This document shows positions 1-14,300 of a stretch of DNA of 64,000 nt, piece by piece. Numbering within the stretch: position 1 is the stretch's first letter; each line of letters begins with the position of its first letter. Below the pieces are notes generated by a model that was not told the DNA's origin, made no database searches, and saw only the letters and a list, made by a program, of their open reading frames with translations. The DNA comes from Piromyces finnis finn. Lineage: Eukaryota; Fungi; Neocallimastigomycota. A program made the position numbers and the translations under genes. The stretch lies in contig MCFH01000011.1 of assembly GCA_002104945.1 (NCBI GenBank), forward strand, positions 930,001 through 994,000, given 5' to 3'.

Positions 1-3000
1 TAGATAAGCATTCCTGTGGAAATGCACCAATACAATTGGTTGTTTTATTTTTACCTACACGCCATCCATCATTAAAATATTGCATTATTTCAACAACATC
101 ACCAATATTTAATTCTATTTCACTCTCATTTTGTGGTATATACTTTTGTTTACATACATAATAATATAGAGTTTGATAATTAGTTATGTTATTATTTTCA
201 GTTTTAGAGTTAGTATCATTTGAATTTAAATTACTATGTATAGATATATTACCATTATTTGAGAGTCCTGAATTGTCAACATATGATTTATTATTTACAT
301 GTAATGATGAACTTGAAGTCATTGAATGAATTGACTTACGAGATAAATTATTCTTATTCTTTTGTTGGCGTTGTTGAATAAGTTGATTGGTGTAAGAAGT
401 TTCATTGTTTGAATTATATTGATTCATTTGTGATGGTAAATGTGAAGAAGGATAGGGTTGTGAATTACGTGGATAATACGTTGGACTATATATGTCATCT
501 GCTGTTAATCCTCCGCTTGATTGATTACGCTTATTTAGTATCTGTTCATTAAAATTACTACTAATACTATTATTACTACTATTGCTTTTATTACTATTAT
601 TATATGAAAAATCATTCAAAAAGTTTCTATTGTAAGGTATGGATAAATGGTTATTCATTTTATAACTTGAAGTTTTAGTGGTTAATACAGGTTGAGTCGT
701 CACTATTGGTGAGAAACTACCGACTTCTCTTGGATCAGGTTGATTAAATGGTATTGCAATTGCAGGGAGTTCAAATGGTGAAAGTGGTGGAATAGTAACA
801 ACTGTAACCGGTGGCTTTTGATTTTCATAATCATCTTCTTCACGTTCATAATTAATATTTGGAATATGATCTTCCATTTGTTCTTCATCTTCATTTTCAG
901 ATGGAGTTGAAACTGAACGTTGATGATGATGATGGTAACTTTCAATGGAATCTTCATCTTCCTGGTAATATTGATCTTTTTCTTCATCTTCTTCACAATT
1001 CAGCATGTTTTCATTAATATTATTAAAATTATCATAATTTTTGGAAATATTATGATGATTGTCTTCTTTTTCTGATGTTTCTTGAAGATTTTCATATGGT
1101 GATGAAGTAAATGATTGTTTTGAGAATGAATAATTTTGTGATTGATGAAGTGAGTTTGAATTAGAATGATGATGTTCTTGTTCCGTTTGTAATTTTGGTT
1201 CACTATATTCTCTTGTTTTATAATATTCCTCTAGATAATCTTCATCTATAGGTGGTTCACTAAGATTATCTTCGTGACGATGATGGCTATCAAGTTTGGT
1301 AGGTAAACTATGCTCTGTTCTTCCTTCCATACTATTCTTTTTGTAACTTTCATTCAATGATGGGGTAAAATGAGGGAGAGATGAAGATGATGAAGAAATA
1401 GATAATGAAGAAACAATACTATTCTTTTCTTCCAATGTTTCCTTATATTCTTCAACTTTATTGTAGAATGGCATCTTTTCATAGTAGGATGAATTTACAT
1501 AATAAGGTTCTTGATAATATTCTTTTTCCTTTCCATTATAATCAGACGCTGCTATGGAGGATGAAGCAAGAATATCAAAATTATTTTCTTTTGTTCTCTC
1601 TTTCTCTTCATTCACATATTTATTAACGGTAATATTATTGATGCGTTCATTAACAGTAGGATCAAAATTATTTATTGGTACATTGTTTAATTGTAATGAT
1701 TTTATACTATATTTGCTGATGTTGGTAGTTCCATGTGTACTTGAATTTCCATTAACATTTGACTGTGAGTATGACAATGAATCTAAAGCATTGTTATCAT
1801 GATTTGTATTAGTATGTAAATTTGGAATATAATAGGATTTAGGATGATGCATTTGTGATTGGCTTTCATTTGATATTTCATTCTTTTCTTCTTTTGATAT
1901 CTTGTTTAATGAAAGATCATCAGCAACTGGAAGTTGATCTTCTAATGGTAATTGATCAAATGATTGATAAGTTTCTCTTTTTCCCTTTTCCGGTAAAGCA
2001 GTCATAGAGGCATAACTGTGATTATCATTATTTGTACCAAATATTTGATTTAACAAGCTATCTCTTTGTGATTCTCTAGCTATTTGTGAAGGAGTATTTA
2101 ATGAATTAGTTAATGGAATATAATCATCGATCGTAGTAGGTGATCTTTTTGAATTTACAGATTCATTATATGGAATACTATTGAATTGTTGATATGATTT
2201 TGGTCTTTGTGGAATTGGTGGTTTTGGTAATTGATTATGTTGTTGTGGTGGAGGTTGAGAATTTGGTTGAGATGGTGCAGATGAAGAAGGGACACTATTA
2301 GTTTGATGAATTTGATGAATTGATGGATATTCTTCAAAGGATTCAATATCATGAAGTGATTCTAATTCATTTGAATGGACAGGTTCCATTGTATTTACCG
2401 TGAATGAATTATTTCTATCTGCATTTTCAATTAAAGCATCACTTTGATAAAGATAGCTTTCTTGAGTTTGTGGTTTGAAAGTTTCAAGAATTTGACTTTT
2501 ACTTGTATTTTCTTCTTGTAAAGCATTTATTATAAAACTTCCATTACTAACTCTTTTATTTTCACTAGAAGATTTAACTGGTACTAAAAGGTTGTTAAAA
2601 TTACTGTTATTATTAGAAAAGGAATTGTTCATAATAAGTGAACTATCGCGTGCTGGTCTAACGGCAATTAAGTTTTTATCAACAGAATTATCCGTCATAC
2701 TCTTATTATATTTAGCTATTGATTCATTTATTCTGGAAGAAGATTGTAAATCATTATTATCATCTTCTTTATTACTACTTTCTTTGGTAATATTCTTATT
2801 AGAATGGAGATTAACATTTAATTTAGTATTTGATGATAGATTTATATTATTGTTGTTGCTGTTGTTGTTGTTAATATTTTGACTATTTGTTATATTTTTA
2901 TTTATATTTGGTAATACTTTTTCTAAATTTCCATTATTTTGGATTTTTGTTGGAATATTATTACTATTTATGGCATTTTGTCCTTCTTGAACATTTTTAA

Positions 3001-4053
3001 TACAACTTTTACTATTATTAGCACTTATATTTGTATTATCTACATTATGTAACTGAGATGCAAAACTTGCAATAGATATACGTTGAGTATTTTGATTTGG
3101 GGGGTAATTTATGATATTTTTTTCTGGAAGTGATTTATTTAAGCTATACGATATTTGTGACTGTGATTGTGAGCCTGACAAGGTTACTGAATCAGTCAAT
3201 CTGCTATCAAAACCAAATTTTTTGAAATCTTCCAATTGTTTATTCAATCGGAAAGATTTTATTTCCTTTTCATATTGCCTAATTAATAAAAGATATGAAA
3301 TTAAAGATAAAAGATCAAGAATAATACTTATTGTAAATAGCCAAAAAGATGAACCCAATTCATGATAATCTGTTTTAATTAAATAGATTACTTCTAGGAT
3401 AAGTTTTAATAAAACTGAAAAATTTTTAAATAATATATCAACAAAAAAAAAAAAAAAGGAATTTATGAATATTAAAATGAATATTGTCAGTATTATTATG
3501 CTATATATTATATATTAAATAATATGATTTTAAACCCTAATTCCTACTTACCTAAAATTCCAAAGCATAAATATATAATATAATAAGATTTTCTGTAAAA
3601 ACGATTTACTCTTAATAAAATAAGTAATGAAATAAATGAAATAATTGTAAAAATCATAATCATTATCATATATATAAAATCTAAAGCACTTGTAAAAATT
3701 GGTTCTTTTAATTGAAAATAATTATATTTGAGTTGCCATTTAGGTAATGACAATGATATTATAAATAGTACATAGGAAATAACACTCGATGCAATTGTAC
3801 AATATAAAAGATTTTTACATAAATTGGTGGGTCTTATTATTTTAGATATCTGATCACTAACTATATTATCATCAACATCTAATTTTTCCTCTTGATTTTT
3901 ATTTAATTTATATGGAATATTTTTAATATTAATATTATTATTTGTATTATTAAGGGTAACTGAACTACCATTTACTGAACTTCTAGGATACGATGAATCG
4001 TTATATCCTGATACATTTGATATATCAACCTCTGTTACATTTGTAATATCCAT
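1..4053 (-). CDS. Large membrane protein: 4 N-terminal TM helices (claudin/SUR7-PalI-like), >1000-aa low-complexity tail, C-terminal SH3 domain; exons 4053-3552 and 3393-<1, 3' end outside the window
   Basis: ORF 3544..4053 ends at a GTAAGT donor (3551); CCTAG acceptor at 3394; the phase-1 join gives ...GILE/VIYLIKTDYHELGSSFWLFTISIILDLL. The same frame had no stops in the stretches I checked and reads YVCKQKYIPQNESEIELNIGDVVEIMQYFNDGWRVGKNKTTNCIGAFPQECLS at 160-2, a recognisable SH3. The ORF track misses it because no stop lies in the window. Confidence 0.85.
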
Positions 4054-7000
4054 TTTTTTAATATTAAATTTAAAATGATTTTGGTTTTATACGCAAAATT
4101 TTCCTTTTTTATTGTTTAGAAATAATTTTATTATATATATCAAAAACTTTAATAATTATTATATTATTACAATTATTAAAATAGTGATGTTCGATTTTAT
4201 ATTTTCTTTAAAAAAACATAATATTTCTGAGAATTTGGTATATTTATATATTTATAATAAGTTATTTTTTATTAAGAAAGTTAAAATCTTTCTCTTATAT
4301 TTAATTAGTCCTTTTTTTCAAAGACTTATTTTTAAAATATTGGAAATAAATAATTGCGAAATACTTTTTCTTTGTTGTGATTAAATAATATTTGCTTTTA
4401 TCTACTCTAATCTCTAGTTGTAAAAATAAATATATATTAATTTTAAAATTTTACTAAAAATATATATTAATCATATGAAATCAATATCAATATAGGATTG
4501 TATATGTTATAATTTAATTGTTATATGAAAATATGATATATATATATTGTTTTAAATACTGTTCTAATGAATTTTGATTATTGATTTAAATTTAAATTGA
4601 TAATACCTTTAATTATAATTGTTCTAAAATTATTTTTACTTAAAAATTAAATGATAATAATCAAATGAATGTATTTGAAAATGATATTAAACATTAAGTA
4701 TAGAATATATTGATATTTAAATATGTATATATTAATTCATTATAAAAAAATAATTATTTTTAAAAAATATTGAGCCTTAAAGATATAAATTATGCTACTA
4801 AATAAAATTAAAGAAAATATATATTGTGTCTTTAATATTTTAATTTCTATGTTTTAATTATTTTTTCATATTTATATTATATTGAATATTATATCCCTTT
4901 CTCTTTTCTTTTTAATAAATCTTAATAAAATAAAATAAAATAAAAAAAAAAAAAAAAAAGAAACAACCTTTCTTTAATATATAAAATATTTAAAATATTA
5001 AGAATAAAAAAAATAATATATATATTTTAATATATATTGATTTGTATTTTAATATATTTTAATATATTGCTCAAGGATATGATGAGATATATTGGTTGGT
5101 TTTTATTAATATATTACAAAATATATACTATAAAATTTCAACCTATTATTTATATATTGTTTATAATATCTAGTAAAATTTAATATATTTACAATAAAAG
5201 CTAGATATAATGATAGAATTTAGAAATTATACTGAATAAAAATATGTAGTATTAACATAGATTTATAAAAATATTATATATACAACATTTTTTTTAAAAT
5301 TTATAAAAGGAAAAAAAAAAGTAATGAAATCAGATAGCCAAGATAAAATGTAAAAATAAATATAGAAGAAAAAAATGAAAAAGATGTTGATACTAAACGC
5401 TTCATTAATATATATTTAATTAATAACAAATGGTAATAAAATGCTTATAAATGAATATATATATAATTTTACGCCAACAATTTGTTAATTAATTATATTG
5501 AATAATAGTAATGAACAAATGTGGAATAAAATTTCCAAATTTAGTAAAATAAGCAATGATAATCAATAGATAATGGATTATAGCTTAATATAAGCTATGA
5601 TAATCAAATATTTAAAATATATCAATATTCATCATGTTAATTATACTATGTATAGTATATTGAATAATAACTACTTATAAAGATATTAAAAGATAAAGAA
5701 ATTTAAGATTTTTTTTTAAAAAAGTGAATGTATTGAAATAAAATTTATGTATACTGTATTAATGAATATATCACGTGTATTATTATAAAATACAATGATG
5801 GGATATATATTAAAGTATATCAAATTGACTTATTTTTAAATTACACAGAAATCTTTTGTGACATTGTGGCTTAAATATTTTAGAGTACTACAAATATTAA
5901 TTTTATTAAAGTAAATAATAAAACGCATTATTAAAGAAATATAAATAAATATTTATTATACTATATTCCACATAGTACATATTCCACATAGCTGCTTATA
6001 TTTTTAACCTTGACAACTGATGAATTGTGTAACTTTTTTTTTTTAATAGTCCTCATATTTTAAACCTATAAAAAGTTTAAATATTTTTTTTTACTAATGC
6101 TAACTTTTTATAGCTTTTCAGTTGATTATCAATAAAATCTATAATACATTTTGTCAAACATAAATATTCAAAAATATATAAATAATTGTGAAAATAAATA
6201 ATAAAATGTACTAACGTATTTATATAAATTATATAAAATATTTATAAATTTATAATAAAGTATAATAAAATAATATAAATATAAAATTTTAATAATTATA
6301 AATAAAAGCAATATTTTAATTATTTACTTTTAAAAATACTTTATTTATTCAACATAATTAAATAATACTCTAAATATGATTTATGATTTATCATAAATTA
6401 TTAATTAGAAAAATGAATTTAGATTAAATAATCCATTTTAATATTATTTTATTTATTTTTGATTGCTAAAACTTAAGCTACTTTTTCTTCTATTTTTGCT
6501 TTGAATTAGAGAATTGATTTTTAAATTAGGGAAATATTAAATAATAATATTAAATAATATATTAGTATTTATTTATAATAAATGATTAATAATTATATAT
6601 CAAAATAATAATAGTAGTAATAATAATATAGCATTAACAAAAACTATAACCATTTTAAATTTAATATTTTTAATTATGTATTATATCTTTATTTCATTTT
6701 TTTAATTTATTTTTATATATTATTATGTAATTATTCATTTATTTATTTGTCATTTTATTCGTTCCCATTATATATTAAAATAAAAATTGTAAAGTTTTTT
6801 AAGTTTAATATGAAAATGAGAAACTTTAAAATTAATTAAAATTTCTATATATGGCAATTTAATAATATATCTATTTTATTATTCATATTAATTATTATTA
6901 ATTTTTTATTTACACATACAAACATACAAGCATTACTATTTCGTATAATAAATTATTAAATGTTAAGTATAAGCATAATAATATGTAGCAGTAGTTAAAT

Positions 7001-8898
7001 TTAATATGTAATTATCTATTTAAAAAACATTTTTTAAAATAACTCATTTCATAATTTTCTTAATTTATACAAAGGTTGATAAAACCGTTACTAAAATATT
7101 AGTCTTTGTTCAAGAAATCTTAACTATTTTGTTATCTTCTTCATCTTATAAATATTAATTAAAACAGTATTATTCAATAAGCTTTTTAAAATGCCCATTT
7201 AGCTCATGTTTACTCTTTATTATTACGATTTATAAAAATTAACCTTTTTTTAACTCTAACATTCAAATTTAATTATAAAATATATTTCTATTGTATATAA
7301 AAATTTAAATTCATGAAAGTTTCAGTTTTCTTTAGCTTATAAAAATATATTTTATTATTACAACTACTATCTAATACTTAAACACCATAAAATATATATA
7401 TTTAATAAACATTTATCAAATAAAAGCTTGGATTATATTAATACTATAGTATTAATATTTAAGTCGAATAAAAATTTTTAAAAAAATTACAATATTATTA
7501 CTTTTATTATAATAATCCCAAAAATGAAATAAGCATATTCATATTACAATATTTAATATTGTAATATGAACTTAATTATATATCAGTAATTTATATTTAT
7601 AAAAGTTAAAATTTATAATCATTAATTTTTTTTATAATTAAATTTTTAAATATAAATAAAAGCGACTTAGCGCAGTATAAAAATAACCACTTGGTTAAAT
7701 ATTTCCTTATTTTAACTTTTTATTTATTATAAATTAAAATATTTAAAAAAAAAAAAAAAGCAGAAAACCGCAATATAAATAAATATTAAATATAAATAAA
7801 TTTTTTGTGATAAGCTAAATTAAATATTTCAATATATGCTATTTTTTATATTTGTTTATTATCTCTTATTTAAATTTATATGTTATTAATATTATTTTAT
7901 AATAAATAAAGTTTAGAAGCAATTAATAATTCCTTTTATTATTATTGTCTATATAATTTCTAATATATAAAATTTTATATAAAGTAATAACAAATATTAT
8001 AATTCTACAATAGATTAAGCCACATTCAATAGAAATAATAAAACAAATTTAATATAAATTCAAATTAAAAATCCAATATATTATAATAAATAAATAATAA
8101 TAAATAAATATTTATTTTTAATATAAATAATATAATCATTTTAACCTAACTATTTATTATTGATAAATTTTAATTTATAAATTGTTAAATAACTTTATTA
8201 TATATAAAAATATATTTCTATACCCTAAATTTTTGTATTTTCAAGCTATATATTAAATACATATACGGTTTAAAAATCATATATTACAATAATATTAGGT
8301 TGTATTGAAGTTAAATATGATACAATTTTATTTATATTGAATATACTTTAATAAATAAACTATTATATATTATATTTATTATTTAATATAATAATATAAT
8401 GTCAGTAATATATTTTAAACATTTTATTTATATTACCAATATATATGATAATATATAAGGATGAATTTACTAAAATTCATTGGATAACACATTTATTATT
8501 TTATTGAAAAAAGTATACACTCTAATATATATTTTAGTTCTATTACTAATAATTACAAAAAAAAAATAATAATTTTTAATTTATCAAATAATATATTATA
8601 GTTTAATATTAAAATATATTGTAATCAAATATTATCATATATTAACATACTAATAGATTATAATACTTTTTAATATTTATTAGTAGTTTTTATAATAATA
8701 GTCAATTAGTAATATAATAATTTATTGACTATAAAATGATGATGTTATCCTTTAAAAAAATTTTTATTTAGTTTTTTTTTTAAATATAAATATAAATATA
8801 AATAATCAAGAAAAAAAAAACATTGTAAAAAATAAATATTAAATTAAGTCATTAGTATTTTTTTTTTTTTTTTTAGAAAAGTAAATAAAATTTTGAAA

Positions 8899-9635
8899 AT
8901 GCGTTTCACCAACACTTTATTATTAGCTCTTTCTGCTGTCGCTGTTCAATCTGCTGTTGTCCCAACTGAACAACAACAAACTACTACTGAAACCAACGCT
9001 AACACTAACACTAATGCTAACACTAACTCTCAACAATTAACTGCTGAAGGTAAAGAAAAGAAGTTTATAGAATATAAAAAATAATATAATGTTAAATAAA
9101 TTTTAAAATAAATTGAATAATAACAATTATTAATAAAACCAATCACTAAAAATATATTTTTCAATGAATAGCTCAATGTGTTATTAACAGTAACTGTAAC
9201 CAAGATGTAAGTTGTATTGCTCGTTGTTACAATGTTCCAGCACCAACTAATGATATGGTTTACAAAACTAATGACTGTGCTTCTAAATGCCCAGATCCAA
9301 CTAAGGACAGTTCAGGTTACTTAAAGTGTTACAATGATTGTGTTGACAACTACTACATGGGTAACAATGTCAATGCTGCTACTCCAAACAATACCCCAGC
9401 CACCAATACAAACGTTAACAATGGTAACGGTAATGTTGATAATGGTGCTAACAACGCTAACGGTATGAATAATACTAACAGTACTACTAATTCCGGCAAC
9501 TCAATCAATGGTAACTCAAATAACAACCAATTAAAGCCAACTAATAACAACACAGTTTCTAACACTTCTTCTGCCTCTACAATGAAGATTAGTGCTCTCG
9601 CTATTGCTGCCTCTGTTATTGCTTTATTATTTTAA
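8899..9635 (+). CDS. Small secreted, probably GPI-anchored, Cys-rich cell-surface protein; exons 8899-9049 and 9172-9635
   Basis: Signal peptide MRFTNTLLLALSAVAVQSA; GT..AG intron 9050-9171 joins in frame to AQCVINSNCNQDVSCIARCYNVPAPTNDMVYKTNDCASKCPDPTKDSSGYLKCYNDCVDNYY (8 Cys); Asn/Thr-rich stalk; hydrophobic C-terminus SSASTMKISALAIAASVIALLF*. Confidence 0.85.
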
Positions 9636-10256
9636 ATAAATTAATAATTCTTTAAAAAAAATCTTTAAAAAAAATTATATTTTTTTTTTAAAATCTTCAA
9701 AATATAAATTAATTATTATCGAATTTCCGTTTTTTTTTAAAATAATATATTTATATTAATATAAAACGCATTAATATAGAACAGAAATCTATTAATATCA
9801 CTTTTAATCATAATTAATATTCATTTATTTAAAGTTTAAAATAAATAAAAGTTAAAAATATTTTAAATATCAAAAATTGGAAGTTTAACTATTCTTTTAT
9901 TATTTTATAATAAATAATAGCTTTTAACTATTCTTTTATTATTTTATAATAAATAATAGCTTTATGCTTTACACTAATTAAAAAATAAAATTGATAAATT
10001 TATTTTAAAGAAAATAATAAGTAATATTATTAAAAAATATTAATTTTTCTAGCATTTGTGTATTGTATAATAAAGTTTAACGATAGTAAAGAAGAAATTT
10101 TTAAAGGTCGTATTAATTAAATTTTGTTATTGGTCAACAAAAGTTATTGTGTAAAAGTCTTAAGAACTTCTTTCACATAATTTTAAAAATGTTTTTTTAT
10201 ATTTTTTCAATGGTTCAAATTCAATTATGAATTCTCTATTAAAAGATAAAATAATA

Positions 10257-10338
10257 CGTCACCTGCAGGACTCGAACCTGCGCTCCCAAAGGGAAATGGC
10301 TTAGCAGGCCACCGCGTTAACCACTCCGCCAAAGTGAC
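10257..10338 (-). tRNA. tRNA-Ser(GCT)
   Basis: Reverse complement GTCACTTTGGCGGAGTGGTTAACGCGGTGGCCTGCTAAGCCATTTCCCTTTGGGAGCGCAGGTTCGAGTCCTGCAGGTGACG: cloverleaf, anticodon GCT, long variable arm, GGTTCGA T-loop. Confidence 0.95.
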
Positions 10339-10351
10339 TACACAATTTTTT

Positions 10352-10972
10352 TGATAACGGATTGGTAGTTATATTACAACTTTTTAACTACTTCTTCTGT
10401 TATCTTATATTGTTTTATCTCGACAGCTATTGTACGAGCTTTAACAATATCTACTAGTTTTATTAATTTATTTTAAGCTATTTTATAGTTTTAATAGTTT
10501 TATTATTTAATAATATTTATATAGAATAATAACACCAGATTTATTCTATAAAATATTATTTATTATTAACACAATAATTACAAATTAGACAAGTTTAATT
10601 TCGTTTTTATATTTTCTTTTATTTATTGTTCTTACGCTCTTTTTAACAATAATTTTTATTATATAAAAACTTATTTTTGTCTTTTTAAATATTATTATGT
10701 ATTCACTAATTAATTATATTAACTATTATTAAAATTTAACTTATTATTAATAATCTAAGTCTTCCTATTTTCTACTAAAAATTATTATTATTCTTTATAT
10801 TAAAAATTATTTTTATAATTTAACCCAATCAAATATATAAATTTATAAAATATTTGATTTTATGTAAATTATATTTTTATAATAAACTATATAAAATTAT
10901 TTAATAATTATTTTATAATAAAATTTTCTACTAATATCAAATGTATAATATATTTATAATTATTATTTATCA
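10352..10972 (-). repeat. 3' LTR of element A
   Basis: tgataacgga...atttatca, matches 16307-16927 and 47642-48263. Confidence 0.95.
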
Positions 10973-11304
10973 AGATTTCCTCCCCTAAGATACGACTTAG
11001 TGGTAGCTGATAAAAATATTCATAAATAATAATAAATATATAAGTTTTTGATATTTTTATACTAAATATTTAAAAATTTAAATTAAATTTTTTTTTTTTT
11101 TTTTTTTTTTTATATATATGATAAAAATAATATAAAATAAAGTTTATAAAAAAAATGATGAAAAATTTGAAAATTTTTATTAATAAAATTTTTTTTCAAA
11201 AAAAGTAAAAAAAATAAAATAGATGAGATAAAATTCGTCTTCAGTATATTAATATGTGTTTTTCTTGAAATTTATATAATAATCGCCATTTTTTTTATAT
11301 GATT

Positions 11305-14300
11305 TTATAGAGAGGACAAATAGGGCTTCACATTTTTAATATGGACATTACGTTCTAATATCTTATGCGTGTCCAGTGTTTCTAGAACTAAAGTGTTGAA
11401 TTTTGATACTTTCTTCACTTTAAATGGTCCTAAAAAGAATGGATCTAATTTTTTTCTACCTATATATCTTACCAACACTAGATCATCTGGCTTGTACCGG
11501 TGTTGCATAGACTTTGCTGTTTCATTTCTTTGAAGCCAATAGTCGTGAGCTTGCTTGATATTTTCAGTAGCTTCTTGTACCCAATTCTGGTGTCTGACAA
11601 AACGTCTGAAATTGTATTCTTCGTCAGACTCATCCTTTTCTTTTGGAATATCTGGTAGCAATACGCTAAGAGGCCATAAGTCTTTTCTTCCATATAAGAG
11701 TTCGAAACTACTAAACCCTGTAACTTTCGAACGAGACGTACGCAGAGCCCATAAAGTTGCCGGAAGTATTTCGTCCCAATTTTCTTGATTTTTACATAAA
11801 TGTCGAAGTATTTTTATTATTTCTCTATTTCTGTTTTCAACTTGTCCATTAGCTTCAGGGTGATGTGGTGCAACGAATTGAACCCAGGAACCATATAAGT
11901 CTATCATTGTTTTTGTTATGTCCGAAGTGAACTGACTTCCATTATCAGTGACAATTATTTCTGGGACACCATGTCTTGCAAAGACGTCTTTTAAGAAATA
12001 AATAACGTCTTGACTTTCGATTCTCTTTAAGGGAGCGGCTTCAACCCATTTAGTAGTATAGTCTACTAAAACAATGATATATAAATTACCTCTATCTGTT
12101 AATGGTAGTGGTCCAACTATATCCAAACCAACTCTAACGAAGGGTCTTTCAACAGGACTTGAAATATTAGACAGGTTTTTAGGAATGGGTTTTGGACGGT
12201 AGCATTGACATTCTAAACATGTTTTAACGACTTTATTTACGTCGTTCCACATTCCTGGCCAATAATATATTTCTTTTAATCTGGAAAGTGTTTTTTCAAC
12301 ACCTTCATGGCCGACAAGATGAGCCTTACGAATCAAGGAGAATTTTAAAGAGTCATCTTCAATAACTTTTAAAAAGTTTCCAGATTTAGAGCGGTAAACA
12401 AGAGTACCATTTAAAAATGAATAGTTCTTCTTAACATATTCAATAATTTTGGGAGGAGCAAAGGTGGAAATATTATCTTCTTTGTCTTCTAAGATAGAAT
12501 GAATAGAATTAATATTTAAATTTTGCGAAGAGGGCATACGGGACAAAGCATCAGCAAAAACATTATTTTTACCTTTTTCATAAATGATGTCGACTCTAAA
12601 TTCATTAAACTTGGCTATCCATCTAATATGTCTATCATTAGAAGGAATACTTGAAGTAAAGAAACCTACAAGTGGCTTATGGTCAGTGTATACTTTTACA
12701 ACAAGAGGAGAAGCTGCAATATAGGAGCGAAATTTATTCAAAGCGAATAAAATAGCAATATCTTCTTTTTCAGTAACAGAATAACGCGTTTCAGCATCTT
12801 TAAGACATCTACTAACACAATAAATAGGAAACTCAATATCTAAAGAGTCAGAAGGCTGTAGAAGAACAGCGCCAACGGCATAAGAAGAAGCGTCAGTACG
12901 AATAATGAATTGTTTATTAGGGTCGGGATATTTTAAAATACTGGAGGAGCAAATAAAAGAACGAAGTGTATGAAAGGCATCAGAATGGATATCTAACCAA
13001 ATAAAACTAGCTTTAGGACTTGTAAGTTTATATAAACAACTTGAAATAGCAGCAAAGTTAGGAATAAATTTTCTATAGTAGCTAACTAAGCCAAGGAAGG
13101 ACCTAAGTTGAGTGACGTTTTTAGGAGTGTTCCAAGAAGCTATAGCAAGAACTTTAGAAGGCATAGGTTTAATACCATCTGCAGTAAGTACGTGACCAAG
13201 AACTTCGACGGAGTTTTTGCAAAAAGAACACTTATCAATATTAATAGAGAATTTATGCTCTCTTAGGATAATAAAAAGTTTTTCAAGGTCCTTTAAATGT
13301 TGTTTAAAGTTAGGAGAATAAACTAAAATATCATCCATGTAAACAAATAGACAAGTACCGATAAGAGGCATAAGAATACGGTTCATCTCACGTTGGAAGG
13401 ATGCGGGTGCATTAGTTAACCCGAATGGCATAACCTTAAAGTTAAAATTATCAAACTTAGTAGTGAATGCTGTCTTTTCGATATCTTTGCTATTCATTGG
13501 AATTTGATGAAAACCAGAAAAAAGGTCAATAGCAGAGAAATATTTTGCGCCATGAACAGATTCTAGTAGTTCATCAATAAATGGTAGAGCATACGCGTCT
13601 TTAATAGTAATTTGATTTAATTTTCTATAATCGACACACATACGCCATTTACCATTTTTCTTTTTCACCATAACAACAGGGAATGACCATGGTGAATGAG
13701 AAGGTTCAATGAGACCGTGTTTCAATAGTTTCGAAATCTCTTCTTTTAATGCTTGGGATTGAGCAAGAGATATCTTATAAGGTCTCAGTTTAATGGGTTT
13801 GGTGGATGTTAATTCAATAGAATGAGGTTCAGCATCAGCAACTGAAACATCATCAATGGAATCGATTAAAACATCCCTATAATTTTTTATTAAAGAATGA
13901 AGTTGAATTTGTTCATCCTTTGAGATAATATTATCAATATCAGAAATATCTTTTAAGGAATTAATATTATTCATAATAGTAATATGATATAATTTATTTC
14001 CTTGCGATATGGAATCTGATGGTTGAGCAACCATAATAGAGGATCCATCAGTTTTCATATATAAAGCGTCGTCATCAGGATCTATATATAGCCTATGATC
14101 CTTTTGTGACTGGCGCCCAAGTATGATATCATAGCAGGAATCTTCGTCTTCTAGGATCCAGAAGGTAGTACTTATTTTAAGCTTATCAAAACGAAGAACG
14201 AGACTTACTGCTTGATTAGTGGAGATGACTTGTTGGCTAGCTAGCTTGAAGAATGTTCTTTTAAAGTATTTAATTTTATGTTTCTTTGATATAATATCAA

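Noticed and set aside
703-3365. Short ORFs listed by the track in 703-3365
   Set aside because: Alternative-frame or antisense shadows of the long minus-strand exon 3393-1.
4054-8898. Hidden genes or RNAs in the 4.8-kb divergent intergenic region
   Set aside because: Extremely AT-rich; no credible ORF, repeat or structured segment found by eye.
9884-9963. 40-bp direct tandem duplication downstream of the GPI gene
   Set aside because: Ordinary slippage duplication in AT-rich DNA with no further structure.
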